From the NCBI RefSeq assembly GCF_032191835.1, contig NC_083226.1:125426001-125490000 (forward strand): 64,000 bases of DNA, written 5' to 3'. Below, piece by piece: positions 60,352 through 64,000 of this stretch. The position numbers were made by a program, and so were the translations under genes. How positions within the stretch are numbered: the first letter of the stretch is position 1; the number at the start of each line of letters is the position of its first letter. Origin of the DNA: Heteronotia binoei. Lineage: Eukaryota. A model generated the notes under the pieces. The model was not told the origin of the DNA and did not search any database. It was given only the letters and a program-made list of their open reading frames with translations.

Positions 60352-61648
60352 TTACACATAGTCAAACAAAACATTTCACCTGTGGTTTATCTCTATAATG
60401 TTGTCAAAAACACCATAGACAATCATGTTGACAGCAATGCTCTAGCAAACTGCACCTCAGCCTGCAGGTTCCCAGTTTTAATCAAGGAATAGTGGTTTGC
60501 ACATTCCTGATTTGCAGAAAGATCAAATGCAAATAGTGTGTAGCCCTGTGCAAACTCCTTGCGGTTTACTAACAAAGATATGTCATATTTTTACCAGGGG
60601 CCTGAACAAGCTGCATGTATTCCCTCATGCAGTTTCCACCTTCAAAGTCCGGCTGCAGTGGTTTTGTGGGTACGTGTTCTCCATCCAAGTAGAGAGCAAA
60701 GAAATTAATGTCATAATGCTTAACGTTAAATAGGTTTTTATTATGGGTCCTGCTGAAGGACTCGTTATCCACCAGTCCAATAACCAGCAGCTTGGATAAT
60801 TGCCCCCAAAACAAATTCTCTTGGTTGCTGACACAACTTCCTTCAGGGATGCTAAACTCTTTGATGCCCACACGGTCCACAGGATATTTGGCATTAGCTG
60901 TGAAGAGCGCCTCTGCATGGCCTAAATGGACACCAGGGGCTACTCTGACTTTCTTAACGAAAAAGGAAGCAGACAAGATGTTTAATTTGCAACCCCTGTT
61001 TAAATCATCCGCCATGAGACAAAAAGCATCTTTACTGCGTGTCAGTTTAATTTTGACATCCACGCCATTTAAGAGCAATTTTTCTTGGAAAAACAGGTCA
61101 CTGTGAAGCTGACCCAGCAAATCTATTTTTCTGCTTTCAGCCACTAGAGCTGCTCTTTTAACAAACCCTTTGTCTCCATCCAGGGCAGTTAATTCATGTT
61201 CAGCAGCTGTGTCTTTGTAAAACAGGCCTGCAGAGAACTGAGTGTTCAGAGTATCATTGCTGTATTTCAGTACAGCTTCTATAAACCCTCTGTATGGATA
61301 TGCGTTATGCGAATGCATAATGAGCCTGTCTCCCAGAGTCACATCCAGCTGGCTAAAGATGGAGGCAATAGGATAATTCACCAGACTCACCCTTGCATTT
61401 CTGTCAAGGTCTGTCCCATCTTCTTTCACAATTTTGCAGCACAAATAAAGCAGGGTATTATTTAAATCCATATACTCATCTCCATTTCCAGGGATGAAAA
61501 AGTCAAGTGGCACAGATTCTGACAAAGCCGTCAGGGGAGGAACTTCAATATATAGACATCTCTCGATGCTGGTTTGCGTAGGGGCTATTTGGAATAGGTC
61601 CAGTGCAGATTTTGTGCATTCTTCTGACCCACTATGAATAAAAGCCAT
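60352..61648 (-). pseudogene. MCP: Major capsid protein (double jelly-roll, PY type)
   Basis: MAFIHSGSEECTKSALDLFQIAPTQTSIE..YMDLNNTLLY..NYPIASIFSQLDVTLGDRLI..YPYRGFIEAVL..LHSDLFFQEKLLLNGVD; after a frameshift near 60570, GYTLFAFDL..IKTGNL..VNMIVYGVFDNIIEIN..VLFDYV*. Confidence 0.93.
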
Positions 61649-61654
61649 TGCTGT

Positions 61655-62119
61655 TTAAAATATATCTCGGAGGCTCGGGAGACGTCTTCCTGCCCTTCTC
61701 TTGGCCTTCTGCTTCTGAGGGACCTTGCGCTTCACAGCTTTTCTTTTAAAGGGGTGTGGTGGGCCAATTAGTTGTGCCCTTGATGCCTTTCTTTTAATTC
61801 TGCGCTGTCTTTTAAGGTACATGAGGCCTGAGCCTTCTTGTGGCATAAGGGGACTCACTTTATTTAGAACAGCACCAGAAACATGACCTACTACATCTTT
61901 GGCTATATTTCTGGCTGCGGTTCTCAAATGGGGCTTCATGAGTTCAAATCCCCTTCTCAAAAGAGGGACAGCTTTTCTGAAAAGGCTCCGGAAAATTCCA
62001 CCTACCCCAGCCCCATACATCACTGGGGCACCATGGTAACCAGGAAGAGCATAGCCAGCCTGGTTCTTGTAGTAATTCCTATAGAGGTCAGGATCCCTAT
62101 AGCTTTTTAAGATGACCAT
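61655..62119 (-). CDS. PZ: PZ-type Maverick protein (Gly-rich N-terminus, basic C-terminus ending DIF), intact 154-aa ORF
   Basis: YYKNQAGYALPGYHGAPVMYGAGVGGIFRSLFRKAVPLL...KRKAVKRKVPQKQKAKRR..RDIF*; lies between mCP and MCP. Confidence 0.8.
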   Translation of the reverse strand: MVILKSYRDPDLYRNYYKNQAGYALPGYHGAPVMYGAGVGGIFRSLFRKAVPLLRRGFELMKPHLRTAARNIAKDVVGHVSGAVLNKVSPLMPQEGSGLMYLKRQRRIKRKASRAQLIGPPHPFKRKAVKRKVPQKQKAKRRAGRRLPSLRDIF

Positions 62120-62129
62120 CTTTGTGTGC

Positions 62130-62869
62130 TTAACAGACTAGACCTTTCCGTGGACAAAAGTGAAACATCACGATCACCTTACCAAACTGGAATGGCACAT
62201 TCTTGTTCTGATCTGTCTTTATTTTAACAGTGATGGTGTCTATGTGGTGCTTATTCACAGGAATATCATGTAGCTTGTCATAGATATTATTGATACAGTC
62301 GCCAGTCTCCCCTTGCACAGTGATACAATGCAGTAATGGAACATATGCATCACCCACAATTTGGTGATCCACAATGTCTGTGTAAATGTACAAAGTGTTG
62401 AACCACCCCCCCACCCCGTGATGTCTGCTGTAAAGTTTAGATTTTGGATCGCCTCATCTGGGGGTGCCCCTAAAAGGTGAACCAATTCTTTAGAAGCTGA
62501 AAAGGTATAAGTAGGTGGTGCTCTTAGACCGATCTTCCTATACCGTCCATGCTCAGTTCGAGGTGGGTGGGGGGAATTTGACTGTATGGTGTTGTTCAGT
62601 TTCACCACCAGGTCAAGAATGCTTTTATAATAGCCACTACTGAATCTGTATTTCCAGTGTTTCTCCTTGGTAACAATTACAATGGAGGAATCTTCAGTGA
62701 GGGTCTTCCAGCTGTGAGGGTACTGTATTTCCATAAGCTCAACCTCCCAGGCCCCTGGAAGGTCCAATGACCATGCTAGATGGGTGGTAAAGGCCATTGT
62801 AATGTTCTGTGGAAAAACACTTGCACATGCGTTGCTAGGGAGGGTGATAAGGAAGCCGCTGTCAGCCAT
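62130..62869 (-). pseudogene. mCP: Minor capsid protein (penton-like, PX type), frameshift in the G run near 62410
   Basis: MADSGFLITLPSNA..FPQN..FTTHL..LDLPGAWEVELMEIQYPHSW joined to LYIYTDIVDHQIVGDAYVPLLH..FQFGKVIVMFHF*. Confidence 0.9.
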
Positions 62870-62876
62870 TTTTTTC

Positions 62877-63910
62877 CTATATAGGATCACAGAGTTGAGA
62901 AGCAGGAACCCAGCTGTTAAATTTATCAGGCCACCCTAACCACTTCACTAGATGTTGTTTTCTCTTCCCCCTGCCTTTGGAGGCTAAGATTTTCTGAATT
63001 TGATACACTCTGTCTGCTTTACTCTTAACTTTTTGTAACACTTCAGGATAGAATGAGCCTATGAGGGGGTCTCTGGCATAATCTTTTGAGCAAGTACACA
63101 GGCCTTTGCCTCTACAGATGACCTGCTCTACTATAAATAGTTCATCTGTGAAGCCCCATTCATATCCTTTTACAAAAACTTCTTTGCTTTTAGACACACG
63201 CACATGATCTCCTTTTCTAATGAAAGGCCTCTCCTTTACATTTGCCCCAACACAGTCTCTGTAAAACGTTTTCCACATGGTATGAGCGTTGGTGTGGTTT
63301 ACATCCACAGAACGGGCTCTGATTGTCCTGTGAAAGCTGTGGTTGTAACTTTTAATAAGCAGCTGCAGCACGTCAATATATCTGAAGGTGTTGTTGGCAG
63401 TAAAATACCTTCACATTTTTATTTTTAATGTTCAATTGAAGCTCTCCACAATAGCCGCTTTGACTTCATTATGGGTATAAAAGTGGTGGACTCTGTGTTG
63501 CTTTAACACGCTGCTTACAGACTAGTTTAGAAGCTCTATACCTGCATCAATCTGAAGCTTGGCAGGTATTCTGCGTTGTTTGAAAATTTCCTTAAGGGCT
63601 TCTGACACCCTCCCCCCTGTCTTGTTTTTTAAGGTCAAAGCCCAGGCATATTTAGACAATATGTCAACCACTGTTAAAATGTACTTGTAGCCATCATGGT
63701 CTTGTTTCTCTTAAAGTGGACGCGGGCTTGCTTATGCAGTGTATAAGCATCTTGCTCTGAAAGCCAGTTAGTAACATGATTTTAAGTGAGAGCTTTACAC
63801 TGCTTTTTGGCTGCGTGGAAGAGAGGCCTCACCCTGCCAAAGCTCCCTGCTTCTCCGGGTGTATAATACATGTGACTTAAGACCTCCTCTTCATCAGCTG
63901 CCCCCATCAT
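62877..63910 (-). pseudogene. INT: Retroviral-like integrase with C-terminal chromodomain
   Basis: YYTPGEAGSFG..QDAYTLHK..YKYILTVVDILSKYAWA..LQIDAG..AIVESFN..YNHSFHRTI..KGYEWGFTDELF..GSFYPE; chromodomain YQIQKIL..HLVKWLGWPDKFNSWVP. Several stops; the segment carrying the first catalytic Asp is missing. Confidence 0.92.
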
Positions 63911-64000
63911 CGCCCACTTAACTCAGAAATGATCACACAAGGTTATAAAACAAATGTCTTTATTGTAACAGAACTACCTCTTCCACTTATTATTAATTTT

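Larger units (their letters stand above)
48115..64000. mobile_element. Endogenous Maverick/Polinton (adintovirus-like) element, decayed; right end beyond the window
   Basis: Co-located pPolB, FtsK-type ATPase, retroviral-like integrase, major and minor capsid, adenain-like protease and PZ-type gene in two convergent blocks. The left end begins near (c)GTAGTAAATGG at about 48114-48117, resembling the AGTAGT-type Polinton terminus. Confidence 0.96.

Overview
Vertebrate genomic DNA, almost certainly a squamate reptile and probably a gecko, judged from the SINE/CR1/hAT repertoire. About 1-18.7 kb is repeat-rich intronic sequence upstream of the terminal coding exon of MEF2C (+ strand; [16 protein letters not shown]...SEGWAT*, 18898-19095), followed by its long AT-rich 3' UTR (to about 23.4-23.65 kb). 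24-48 kb is intergenic, with SINEs, CR1 and L2 LINE fragments, hAT MITEs with 8-bp TSDs, a nested Gypsy relic and LTR-like pieces. From about 48115 to beyond the window end lies an endogenous Maverick/Polinton (adintovirus-like) element. On + it carries a motif-rich left terminus, an accessory block that appears to contain short-intron spliced genes, protein-primed PolB, a packaging ATPase and two conserved small genes. On - it carries a chromodomain integrase, minor capsid, PZ-type core protein, major capsid and adenain-like protease. The element is decayed: stops, frameshifts and loss of catalytic residues in PolB, protease and integrase. It has itself received a young CR1, an L2/SINE tail and a probable solo LTR. 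The most novel-looking signal is a stop-free, phase-consistent three-exon gene (149 aa) at the left end, the position E1A occupies in adenoviruses, next to an adenovirus-ITR-like motif array. Four N gaps are present, one hiding the MEF2C last-exon acceptor. No database searches were run; family names come from recognised motifs.
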